Assembly (NCBI GenBank): GCA_051294375.1
Contig: JBJCIZ010000239.1
Span: 6,487,996-6,551,995, forward strand
Direction: 5' to 3'
DNA: 64,000 bases
Source: Paraspadella gotoi
Lineage: Eukaryota > Animalia > Chaetognatha
Position numbers and translations under genes: made by a program. Each line of letters starts with the position of its first letter. The first letter of the stretch is position 1. The notes beneath the pieces are model-generated. The model saw only the letters and a list, made by a program, of their open reading frames with translations. It made no database searches and had not been told where the DNA came from. Of this stretch, positions 52,255-64,000 are shown piece after piece.

Positions 52255-52341
<87 letters not shown>

Positions 52342-52348
<7 letters not shown>

Positions 52349-53942
52349 GTCTTCCCCTTCTTCTCCCCTCCCTCTCTCCACGCTCCCACGATTGTCGCCA
52401 CGACGACGACGAGGAGCGCCCCCACGTGTCCGCTCCACCAGAGGGCCGAGTAACAGTCGCGCGAGGCTTCGTAAGAGAGAAGGAGAAAGGGCGCTCCGCT
52501 GTAGGCGATGGCCAGCTGCGTAGCGAGCCACGTGGCGACGTCGTAGAGACGGCGTCGAATCGAAGCGGCGTCCGAGGCGGCGTCGCCGAGAACGAGTGGA
52601 CGGACGGAGCGGCGCCATCTGCGGGCAGCCAACGTCATTAAGGATATGGAAGAGAAGAAGAAGTAGTAACTGTGGGGAAGAGAGAAGAGGGGGAGAGGGT
52701 TTGGGAGATTAAAACCAGAAATGAGTCGCTCTCGGAACATTGAGCTCCCGTCCGCCCGACCCAAACTCACCCCGGGTAGAATCCGTGCCAAACTGAAGAG
52801 ACGAAGTATGTGAGAAGAAGATTCGCCGGCGCCGAAAGTCGAACGTAGACGAGATGGCGCAACCAACGCGACGTCAATTTGTTCCATTTATCCACCAACA
52901 TTTTGAGGCCTAAGATTTTTTTTTTTTTAAAGGGTACGGGGGGGGAAGTGGTTCGTGTGCTGAGTTAATTTCATTATAATGTTTCGTTTACGATTTGATT
53001 ATTTATTTCTAAATGTCATGAACCTCATTTTTTTTTCAAGCGGCGGCCGTGTTCGTTTAATTTCTAATTGTCTAAATTTAAACTCTGAAATGATTCCAGC
53101 TCATTTGATTTCGCGCCATTTTCTCATTCGAGTTTTCGTCGATTGTTGGATTTTTGATGATTGATGACGATTGATGATGATGATGATGATGATGATTAAT
53201 ATCGATTATATCATTCCACTAAACGCAGTTCAATAAATGTAAAGACAAAAAGAAAAAGGAGGAAAAAAAATAAAAAGAAGTCAAACAAACAAACAAACAA
53301 ACAAACAAAATAAACCGAACCAACTCTATAACAAAATCCCAACTACCCCCTCACCCCTTTCCCGCCACCCCCAACTCACTCGTCGCCCCCTCTATGTCCC
53401 AGACGTTGACGTTTTCGCAAAGCGTCCACTGGTGAGTCTGCGTCCTAGAGTCGAAGCCCTCGTAACCAAATCCGCGCGCGAGGTTGACGATGTCGCCGAT
53501 GATCCAACCGAAGTAATAACGGAAACGACTCTATTATTTTGGGGGGGGGTGTTGTGAAAAAGGGATTCGGGGGGGGGGGGGGAAGGGAGAAGCTGGGGAT
53601 GTTACGGTTTTCGATGCCTTCGCTCTTCAAGGATCGTCTGCCACCGTTCATCTACGATTCATTAACTCGTATTTACGGAACTTTTTCCTAAACTTTTTAT
53701 ATTTGGTTTTTCTTACGTTTACTTATCTCTTGTCTGTTCTTGTTATTAATTCTGATGATATTTCTGGGTGACCCTGTCTTAATATTGCAAGGTATTGTCC
53801 GGATCATTGACCATCCGCATAGTAAATTATAGTGGAAAAAGATAGTGGAAATGACATGTGTTTTCTTTCCTTTAATGCCTTAACTTCTTGCTCTAACATT
53901 CTTTTTCTCTTTCTTTTTCACTTTTTCTAATTTCTAAAAATT

Positions 53943-54013
<71 letters not shown>

Positions 54014-56778
54014 ATAACATAAGGTAAACCACGACGAAAACAACAACAAAAACAATAATTATAACAAAAACAACAACGTCAACAACTAAAACATCAAAAC
54101 ACCAATGACAACAACAACTAGAATATAGAAACAATGACTACAAAACAAGAACAACAACAACGACATCTCTCCCCCCTTCTCTCTAACCAGAGACGTAGCG
54201 ACGAAGAGATAAGCGGCCGCAGCGAGAATCCCTTTCTCTCCGACGAACCCTTCCTCCACGAATCGACGGACGGGGAAGAGCGGGGAGACGCCGAAGCCCA
54301 CGACGCAGCAGAGCAGCGCCTGCAGCAGCTTGCGGAAGATGGCGGAGAGAGGGGAGGGGGATTGGGAGAGAGGGGTGGGTTCCGACGGGTGGGTCTGGAT
54401 TTTTGGGGGGTAAGAGGGTGAGATGGGGTGGAAAGGGCGAAAGTGGGAAAGGATGAGCGGAAAAACATTTTTTTTATTACAAAACTTTCAGATTCCAATA
54501 TTTTTTTATATCACTTTCCTATTCTCATTCTCTTAACCCTTAACTTAGTCTTAAAATGGGGTTATTTGTGAAAATATAGACGATTTTTAAGGCCAGGCAT
54601 TTGAAAAAAAAAAGATTAAAGAACAAGTCAATGATTCTTTCTATTTGCAAATGAAAAAAACGAACAAAAAACATTTTAAGTTGCGCCGCGAGTACTAGCG
54701 GTGCAACTGTCGGTCGGTCGGTCAATCAATCGGTCGGTCGGTTTGTCGGATGGTCTGTCGGTCGGTCCGTTGATCTATCCCACTTACGTTTAAATGCTCA
54801 TAAGTCAGGTAATACTGCATCAATTAAATTCGGATTTGGTAGGAAGGTAAGGTATCATAAGATCTTTCTTGTGCATATGTACTATACTTGTGCAGTTCTT
54901 TTTATAGTTATAATAATTAAAAGTTGTTTTTTTTACTACTGTCCGCTACCTAATCCTCCCATCTACACCCTGCCCCCACAAAATCCCCCCCCTACCCCCC
55001 CCCTCGGCAATCGACCCACAAACCCCGGTTCTCGTATCCACGTAATTCGTTCCTTCCACGAATCTCTTGTAGTCGTGATAAAAAGCGATGGGTCCGATCA
55101 AAACTCCGTGAAAGGAAAATAGGTAGGAGAAATATTCCAGCGCCGTCGGGAGGCGTCGGTAACAGGCGTCGTTCCACGGCGCCGCGGGAACGTACGGCGT
55201 CGACGACGCCGTTTCCGGGCTGACGGGATCCTGGTCGGCGGCGTTGGTGGCGGCGGTGGCGGCTTCGTCTTCCGGCGGGCGATTGTCGTAGAGAGCGAAA
55301 GCGAGAGAAGTGGTTTTCTGAGAAAAGACGGATGTAAAAAAAATGTAAAAAAAGGGGTAAAATTTTAAAGTGTACATATAATATAATATTGAAAAATGTA
55401 AAAATATAAAAATGTATTGTAATGACCACTCGTTTTGAAAAATAAATATTCGCTTTCAATGAAATTCAAGAGACTTTTGTTTTTCTTCTCTATTGTCTCC
55501 AGTTCGAACTGCCCTCTAACCTTCCTCCCGTTAAACCAAAAAGGAACCGTAACGGCGAACAAAAAAAAAAGAACAGTCGACGAGCGAAAGAGGAATATCG
55601 AATTCGAAATGGCCTTTTAAACGACTCTCTCTCACTCTCACTATCCCCTCCTTCTCCCCCCCCACATCCTGCACCTCCCCGGTGCACCTCCTACCCTCCC
55701 GTCTTCCACACCTGCACCGCCAGCGATGACGGAAGTCGCCACCGTCAACGTCCATCCTCCGTAATCGTCCACCATCCGTTCCAGGTGCAGCGCGGAGAGA
55801 TAGACGAAGACCTCGGACGCCACCGCCACGTGGGACCACTTCCGGTCCACGATGGACAGCGTGATGAAGGTCGTCGTCGCCAGCGCCGCCATGTGCAGCG
55901 TGGCGACGCCGTAGCAGACGACGCAGAGCGCGAATCCGACGAGGAACTCGATCCAGTGACGGAAGCGTGGCCCGACGCGGAGTGGATGGAGGACGAAACG
56001 GAAGAAGAGGCCGAAGACGAGGGAGGCCATCTGGAAATTGGAGGATGTGGGTAAGGGGATGTGGGGGAGTAAAGTGTGGGTGGAGGATGTGGGGAAATGT
56101 TGTGGGAGGGGGAAATTGTGGTTTCGGATTGAGGTGGACGGAGGCGAGGTGAAAAAATGTAGAGATTTCATTTACTACAACTTCTTTTACATCGGCCTTA
56201 CTATTTGGCTCTCTTTTTCAAACGCCCCGTTTCTGTCCTTTCAACCCATTAACTTAATTTTAACTTTAATATATAACCCCAATTTATTGATAAACCCAAT
56301 TCCTAATCTTAATTCCTAACCTTAACCTAATTTTAAACCTTAACCCTAAACCCTAATGTTTAACCATAATTCCTAAACCTAAACTCTCGTCCCTAACCTT
56401 AATCCCAAACCTTAATCCATAACCTATTCCTCATCTCTAACCTAATCTTCAAACCAACTTGATTAAGAAATTTAAGACGAAATGGGTGGTCTTACGGAAA
56501 ATGTAACCACCCCCTCCCACTTGACTCCACGATCCCTCAACATCCACCATCCCACCCTGAGCCCTAAAGCCCAACCCCAAACCCCAAGACCCCAAACTCC
56601 TCTCCTTCCTCCCAACCTCGCAGAAGAAGACGAGGAGGATGTCCTCCGAAACGCCGATCGAGTCAGAGAGAGAGACGAGGACGGCGAAGGAGGAGGAGGA
56701 AGAGGAGGGGGGCGTGGCGACGTCTCCGTCGACGATGGACGAGGGAGAAGTCGCCGTTTGAGCAGAGACGATCGTCAT
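52342..56778 (-). CDS. MBOAT-family lysophospholipid acyltransferase (MBOAT1/2, Oysgedart-like), 7 exons, about 530 aa
   Basis: Phase-consistent GT-AG exons 56778-56617, 56030-55712 (one extra base), 55317-55024, 54394-54188, 53530-53380, 52909-52771, 52669-52342. Motifs QKTTSLAFALYD, PTALEYFSY..GPIAFY, RYYFGW, WNKLTSRWLR and catalytic SSVWHGFYPGYY. Confidence 0.92.
53945..54012. repeat. (CAT)n microsatellite
   Basis: Perfect trinucleotide run in an MBOAT intron. Confidence 0.95.
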
Positions 56779-58356
56779 GGCGAAGGCGAAGAAAGGCGAA
56801 GAAACTAAAAGTTCAGCCTGCAGGAATTGGCAAGAAAATAGTTGGGGGGGGGTAAAGTGAGGAGGTGGGAAAATAGATGATGACTAATCAGTGTCAGATC
56901 GACGGCAAAGATCAGGACTACAATCAAACAGTTTAGTGGCCGGTGAAATCTGACCCGCGCAGCTATGGACATGATAAAAAAAATATTTCTACCGATTCAA
57001 CTGTTTTAATAAAATTTTATTATTTATAATTAAATTTTTACGATAAAACTTTATCGTCGATTCCGTTTATTATTAAACTTTATAATTTTTTTAATAATTT
57101 TATTAATTGAATTCGCATTGCGTCAAAAGTATTTATCAAAAGTCAGGGACAAAAAAGCTTATCTATGGAATGAATAGAAAAAATTCACATTGATTGTAAT
57201 AACTTGATAATCGTTTGTTTGAAAAATCTGTTCCCATCGAATTATGATAAGAAAAATATGGTTAAAAGTTAAAGATAAAGTCGCTAAAATTGAGCCTAAC
57301 TGATGCCTTATAAAACGTTACCTCTAATGCGTCTCCGGCGATAAATTAATCAAATTAATTAAATTAAACTTCGCCCCGAAAAAAACTCAGTCACGAACGA
57401 ATAACGAAATTTGTTTTCTTTTCTCTCTTTTTTTTTCGTAGATAAACGAATTTCGACGGTATCGACTAGAAAATTGGGTTCGCAACGAATTTAAGACCAT
57501 TTTCTTTTTTTAGCGATTCGCTTTTTCGAGTTCGCGTGCTCAGCGGGATTGCGCAACGGTATAGAAGAGAGAAGCGACTATTGTGTATCGTGACAGAACA
57601 TGGCAAAAGTTTACAGGGCATGGGAAAGGTTTGGTATTATTCTCTGCTTCGGTATTTTCGACGGACGAGAAAAAAAAAGATACGGAGAATCCGTCCGGTT
57701 TGACCTCTCGGTGACAATTTTGGTATAATTAAAAGGAGGAAATATTTGTTATGAAAAAAAAGGGGGAAAATGCTTTAAATTTAAATTTGATCGATTGATA
57801 AATAACTTTCGATTGGGATTTAAGGATTAGTTCAATGTTTTTTTTTTTTGTTTTTTTTATGATTCGCGCGAGAAATTTTGTTGTTGTATTGTGATAATAA
57901 CTGAAAATTTATATTTTGTTATCTCGCGACCCCGCAGGCATAGAAAATACAATATATTTGGGTAGAGAGTTAGTTTAAAAAGTATATACAAATATGATAG
58001 ACCTATTGAATTGAAAAGCGGTAAAAACTGCAATTTTTAAATTAGAAAGAGTTATCACAGGAATTGGATCAAGGGACCTCCAACACATGTTTTAGCCATT
58101 GTCGCCATAGAATAAATAAATACTTAAAATATTGGTCTGATTAAGAATAAGCAAAAATTTAATCCTAAATTTTATTGTGACTGGTAGTGGTAAATTTTAA
58201 CAATTCTTGTCTTTACATAATAATTGGGGATGAGCATCGTTTCTAAACAACTCATTNNNNNNNNNNNNNNNNNNNNNNNNNNNNNNNNNNNNNNNNNNNN
58301 NNNNNNNNNNNNNNNNNNNNNNNNNNNNNNNNNNNNNNNNNNNNNNNNNNNNNNNN

Positions 58357-61300
58357 TTTCTTTGTTTCAAAAGTTTTTATCTCTTTGGAAAAGTCGCTTG
58401 CTGGTGTTTTAAACGTTTTTATCTCTTTTCACTTAGGAAATGTCGTCTGCCGATGTTTTTAACGTTTTTATCTATTTTTACATTGGAAAAGTCGTTTGTC
58501 GGTATTTTTTATCTTTTTTTACATTGGAAAAATCGTTTGCCGGTTTTTTTAAAGTTTTTATCTTTTTTTATATTGGAAAAGAAGTTTGCTAGTGTTTTTA
58601 ACGTTTTTATCTCTTTTTACATAGGAAATGTGGTCTGCCGGTCTATTTAACGTTTTTATCTCTTTTTACATTGGAAAAGTCGTTTGTCGATGTTTTGAAC
58701 CTTTTCATCTCTTTTTATATTGAAAAAGTTGTTTGACGAAGTTTTTACCGTTTTTATTTCTTTTTACATTGAAAATATCGTTTGCCGGTGTTTTCTACGT
58801 TTTTGTCTCTTTTTACATTTGAAAAAGCGATTTTCTTTGTTTCAAAAGTTTTCATCTCTTTTTATATTGGCAAAGTCGTTTTCTGGTGTTTTTAACGTTT
58901 TTATCTCTTTTTACATAGGAAATGTCGTCTGCCGGTGTATTTAACGTTTTTATCTCTTTTTACATTGGAAAAGTCGTTTGTCGGTGTTTTTTATCTCTTT
59001 TTACATTGGAAAAATCGTTTTCCAGTGTTTTTGACTTTTTTATCCATTTTTAAATTAAAAAAGTCGATTGTCGTTGTGAAAGTCGTTTGCCAAAGTTTTT
59101 AACGTTTTTATTTCTTTTTACATTGAAAAAGTTGTTTGCCGATGTTTTCAACGTTTTTATCTCTCTTTACATTGGAAAAGTCGTTTGTCAACTTTTACCC
59201 TTTTTACATTGGAAATGTCGTTCTGCCGGTTTGTATTTAACGTTTTATCTTTTTACATTGGAATGTCTTCTGGCGGTGTATTTAACGTTTTTTATATCTT
59301 TTTTACATTGGAAAGTCGTTTGGCGATGTTTTAACCTTTTTATCTCTTTTTATATTGAAAAAGTTTTGTTGCCGAAGTTTGTTTAACGTTTTGATTTTCT
59401 TTTTACATTGAATATTCGTTTTCGCCGGTGTTTTCTACGTTTTTATCTTTTTTTACGATGGGAAAAGCGTTTTCTAAAGTTTTTTATGTACTTTTTATAT
59501 TTGAAAAGGTCGTTTGTCGTCTGTTTTTAACACATTTATTTCTTTTTTACATTTGGAATAAATCGTGTTTCTATTAATTTTTAACGTTTTTCATTTATTT
59601 CTTTACACAAGGAAAAGTCGGTTTTCTGTTTGTTTTTTAACGTTATTCTATTCTCTTTTTCTTTGAAAATATCGTTTTTTCCGGTTGTTTTTCACGTTTT
59701 ATCTCTTTTACATTGGAAAAAAGCGTTTTTCTTTGTTTTAAAGTTTTTATCTTCCTTTACATTGAAGAAGTTGTTTTCTGGTGTTTTCAACCTTTTTTTA
59801 TCCTTTTCTTACAATGGAAAAGACGTTGTGTTTCGGTGTTTTACGTTTTTTATCTTTTTTGGTTTGGAAAAGTTCGTTTTCTGGTGTTTTTTAAAGTTTT
59901 CAGCTCCTTTACATAGGCAAAAGACAAAGGAAAAGTCCTTTTTCGGTGTTTTTAACGTTTTCTCTATTTTTACAAAAGAAAAGTCGCTTTTTTGTTTTAA
60001 CGTTTTTAGCTTTTTTACGACGAATAGTCGTTTGACAGGTTTTTTAACGTTTTATTTCTTTTTTATTGGAAAAGTCGTTTGCCAAAGTGTTAGACGTTTT
60101 ATCTCTATTTTTACATTGGAAAAAGCGTTTTGCTTTTTCTTTGTTTTTTAATAGTTATTATCTTTTTGGAAAAGTCGTTTTGCTTGTGTTTCTTTAACGT
60201 GTTTTATCTCTTTTTACATAGGAAATGTCGTCTGCCCGGAGTGTATTTAACGTTTTATTGTTTTTACATTAGAAAAGTCGTTTATCGGTATTTTTTATCT
60301 TTTTTTACATTGCGAAAAATCGTTTGGCCGGTTTTTTTTAAAGTTTTTTATCTCTTTTTTACATTGAAAAGTTGTTGTGTCGAGTTTTTAACCTCTTTTA
60401 CCTCTTTTTATATTGCAAAATGTTTTCCAAGTTTTTAGTTTTTTTCTTTCATTATAAATTGTTTCACGTTTTTACTTTTAATGTTTTACATTGGAAAAAG
60501 TATTCTTTCTTTGTTTTTAAATTTGTTTATCTCTTTAACTTGGAAAAATCAGTTCCGTGTCTTTAAGTTCTAATTGTTCTCTTTTATAATGGAAAAGTCG
60601 TTTGCGGAATTTTTTAACGCATTTATTTTCTTTTACATTGGAAAAAATCCGTCTTTTCTGTCATTTTTAACGTTGTTTCATATCTTTTTACCAAACGGCA
60701 AGTCAGTTTTCTTGGTGTTTTAAACGTTTTTATCTCTTTGAGAGTGAGATGAAAGCTACAGATAATTAACAAGAGAAAAAGGCCGAAGATGAAGAAGAGT
60801 AATAAGAGAGAAATTGTTTGTTTTGATAAATTGTAAAAAAAAACATTAAAATTTAATAACTCTCCTCACCCAGCGATGATGTTTGCAGAAGTTTTTAACG
60901 TTTTTTTTTTCTTTTTTCTTTGAAAAACGTTTTGAGGTGTTTTCTACGTTTTATCTCTTCTATACATTGAAAAAAGCGTTGTCTTTCATCTCGTTTGTAC
61001 ATTGAAGAAGTTGTTATCTTGGTGTTTTCAACCTTTTTATCCTTTTTACAATGGAAAAGGACGTTTTTTCGGTTTTTTTAACGGTTTTATTTCTTTTGAC
61101 ATTTGGAAAAAGTCGTTTTCTGGGTTTTTAACGTTTTTAGATCTTGTTTACATAGGCGAAAGAAAACGTGAGAATTCGTTTTTCGGCTGTTTTCTAACGT
61201 TTTTTAGCTCTTCTTTACATAGGAAAGAAAAGGAAAAGTCGGTTTTTCGGGATGTTTTTTAACGTTTTTTTCTCTTTTTACAAAGAAAGTCGTCTTTTTT

Positions 61301-64000
61301 TGATGTTTTTTAACGTTTTTAGCTTTTTTCTTACATTCAGTAATAGTCGTTTGACGGGTTTCTTCAACGGCTTTATTGTCTTTTTTTATTGAAAAGTCGT
61401 TTGCCAAAGGTTTTAACGGTTTTTATCTCTTTTACATTGGAAAAAGCGTTTTTCGTTGTTTTTTTAAAGTTTTTATCTCTTTGGAAAAAGTCGTTTTGCT
61501 TGGTGTTTTTTAAAGTTTTATCTCTTTTTACATAGGGAAATGTCGTCTTGCCGCGTGTAATTTAACGTTTTTATCTCTTTTCTACTTTAGAAAAAGTCGT
61601 TTTATCGTTGTTTTTTATCTCTCTTTTAGCATTGGAAAAATCGTTTTCCGCGTTTTTTTAAAGTTTTTTATCTTTTTTTATTTGGAAAAGAAGTTTGCAA
61701 GCGTGTTTTTAAACTTTTATCTCTATGTTACATTGCGCAAATGTCGTCTGTCGGTGTATTTAACGTTTTTTTTTATCTTTTTTTTTACTTTTGGAAAGTC
61801 GTTTGGCGATGTTTTTTAACCTTTTTATTATTATTTTATATCTGAAAAGGTTGTTTGCCGAACTTTTTTAAAGTTTTTTATTTCTTTTTACATGAAAAAT
61901 AAAAAAGTTTACATTGAAAATATCGTTTTGCGGTGGTTTTCTACGTTTTTATCTCTTTTTTACATTGGAAAATCGTTTTTTCTTTGTTTTTAAAGTTTTT
62001 ATCTCTTTTACATTGAGAAGTTGTTTTTTTTGGTGTTATTCAACGTTTTTTATCCTTTTTTTACAATGGAAAAGATGTTTTTCACGTGTTTTTATTTTTT
62101 TTTATTTTCTTTTTCGACATTGCAAAAGTTTTTTTCCGGTGTTTTGTAGTTCACGTTTTTAGCTCACTTTTAATAGGCAAAGTCGTTTCTACAGATATCT
62201 GTTGTTAACGTTTTTATCTATTTTTACATGGTAAAGAAGAAGTGTTTGTCGGTGTTTTTAATCTTGTATTTTATTTTTATATTGCAAAAAAAACGTTGCC
62301 GAATTTTTTAACGTATTTATTTTCTTTTTACATTGAAAAATATCGTTTGCCGGTATTTCTACCGTTTTTATCACTTTTACATTGGAAAAAGTGTTTTCTT
62401 TGGTTTTTTAAAAGTTTTTACTCTTTAGAAAAGTCGTTTGCTTAGTGTTTTTTAATGTTTTTATCTCTTTTTACATAAGAAATATCGGTCTTCCCGGTTT
62501 GTTATTTAACGTTTTTTATTTCTTTTTTACATTAAGAAAAAGACGTTTATCGTTGTTTTTTATTCTCTTTTTACAATTGGAAAATATCGCTTTTGCGTGT
62601 TTTTTTAAAGTTTTTTATCTTTTTTATTATTGGAAAAGAAGTTTGCAAGTTGTTTATAAACTTTTTATCATCTTTTTACATTAGAAATGTTCGTCTGCCG
62701 CGCTCTGTATTTAACGTTTTTATCTCTTTTTACATTGGAAAAGTCGTTTGGCATGTTTTTAACCTTTTTATCTCTTTTTACATTGAAAAAGTGTGCCGAA
62801 CGTTTTTAACGTTTTTTATCGTTTTATCGTTTGCCGGTGTTTTTCTTACGTTTTATTCTTTTTTTACGATGGAAAAAAGCGCGTTATTTATTGTTTCTAA
62901 AGTTTTATCTCTTTTTATATTTGAAAAGTCTTGTCGGTGTTTTGAACACATTTATTTCTTTTTACAATTGGAAAATCGTTTTCTGTTATTTTAACGTTTT
63001 TCATATCTTTTTACAAAGGAAAAGTCGTTTTCTAGTGTTTTTAACTTTTTAATTTCTTTTTTCTTGAAAATATTGTTTGCCGGTGTTTTTCTACGTTTTT
63101 ATCTCTTGTTGTACACTTGAAGAAGCGTTTTTCTTATGTTTTTAAAGCTTTTTATCTCTTTTTACATTGATGAAGTTGTTTTTGTGTTTTCAAACGTTTT
63201 TTTCCTTTTTTACAATGGAAAGGAGTTTTTTCGGTTTTATTGTTTTTATCTTCTTTGACATTGGAAAAGTCGTTTTCCGGTGTTTTTAACGGTTTTTAGA
63301 TAATTTTACATAGGAAAAGTCGTTTGCCGATGATTTAACGTTTTTACCTCTTTTACATTGGCATCAAATTGTTTGTCGGTGTTTTTTAACCTTTTTATTT
63401 ATTTTTATATGCCAAAAAATGTTGCCGAATTTCTTTAACGTTTTTATTTCTTTGTTGTTTTTTGTACATTGAAAAATATCGTTTGCGTATTTTCTACGTT
63501 TTATCTCCTTTTTATAATTGAAAAAGCGTTTTTCTTTTTTTTTTTAAAGTTTTTAATCTCTGTTAGAAAAGTAGCGTTTGAACTAGTGTATTTACGTTTT
63601 TATTTCTCTTTTTACATTAAGAAAAGTCGTTTAATCGGTATTTTTTATCTTTTTTTACATTTATTTCTTTTTACATTGAAAAAAGTTGGTTTGCCAGATG
63701 TTTTCAACGTTTTTATCTCTCTTTACATTGGAAAAGTCGTTTGTCGGGGTTTTTAAACATTTTGATTTCTTTTTATATTTTGAAAAAATTATTTCCCGTT
63801 TTTTAACGTTTTTATCTCTTTTGACATTGGAAAAGCGTTTTCAGTGTTTTTAACGTTTTTAGCTCTTTTACAGTGTTTTAACGTTTTTCATTTTTTTTAC
63901 TAGGAAAAAGTCGTTTTACGTTTTGTTTTTAACGTTTTATCTTCATTCTACAAAATAAAAGTCGTTTTCTGGTTTTTCAAAGTTTTACTTTTTTTACATT
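58357..64000. repeat. 49-bp AT-rich satellite array after a 100-N gap
   Basis: Consensus TTGGAAAAGTCGTTTGYCGGTGTTTTTAACGTTTTTATCTCTTTTTACA, monomer starts at 58671, 58720 and 58769. Confidence 0.92.

Noticed and set aside
58357-64000. Phe-rich ORFs
   Set aside because: Translations of a T-rich satellite.

Overview
Eukaryotic, probably invertebrate, draft-quality genomic DNA with two intron-rich minus-strand genes: a 7-exon MBOAT1/2-like lysophospholipid acyltransferase (56778-52342) and an ABCA-subfamily transporter of at least 31 exons (ATG 51134) that runs off the window start. An internal 8-10 kb block of the ABCA gene appears three times with noisy indels and N-gaps, most likely an assembly artefact. 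The introns hold a tRNA-Arg(ACG), hAT-type and Tc1/mariner-type foldback MITEs, a LINE 3' fragment and many mini- and microsatellites. A 49-bp satellite fills the window end. The main discovery is four sequence-divergent families of tiny non-coding LTR elements (TG...CA ends, 4-bp TSD, PBS/PPT, tRNA-like Pol III boxes; Helenus/Cassandra-like TRIMs). Every family carries a circularly permuted (type-P5) twister ribozyme fold in the LTR, with covarying pseudoknots and P1 reduced to a 6-nt palindrome. This suggests dimer-activated twister retrozymes. All structures were read by eye and none has been tested computationally or experimentally.
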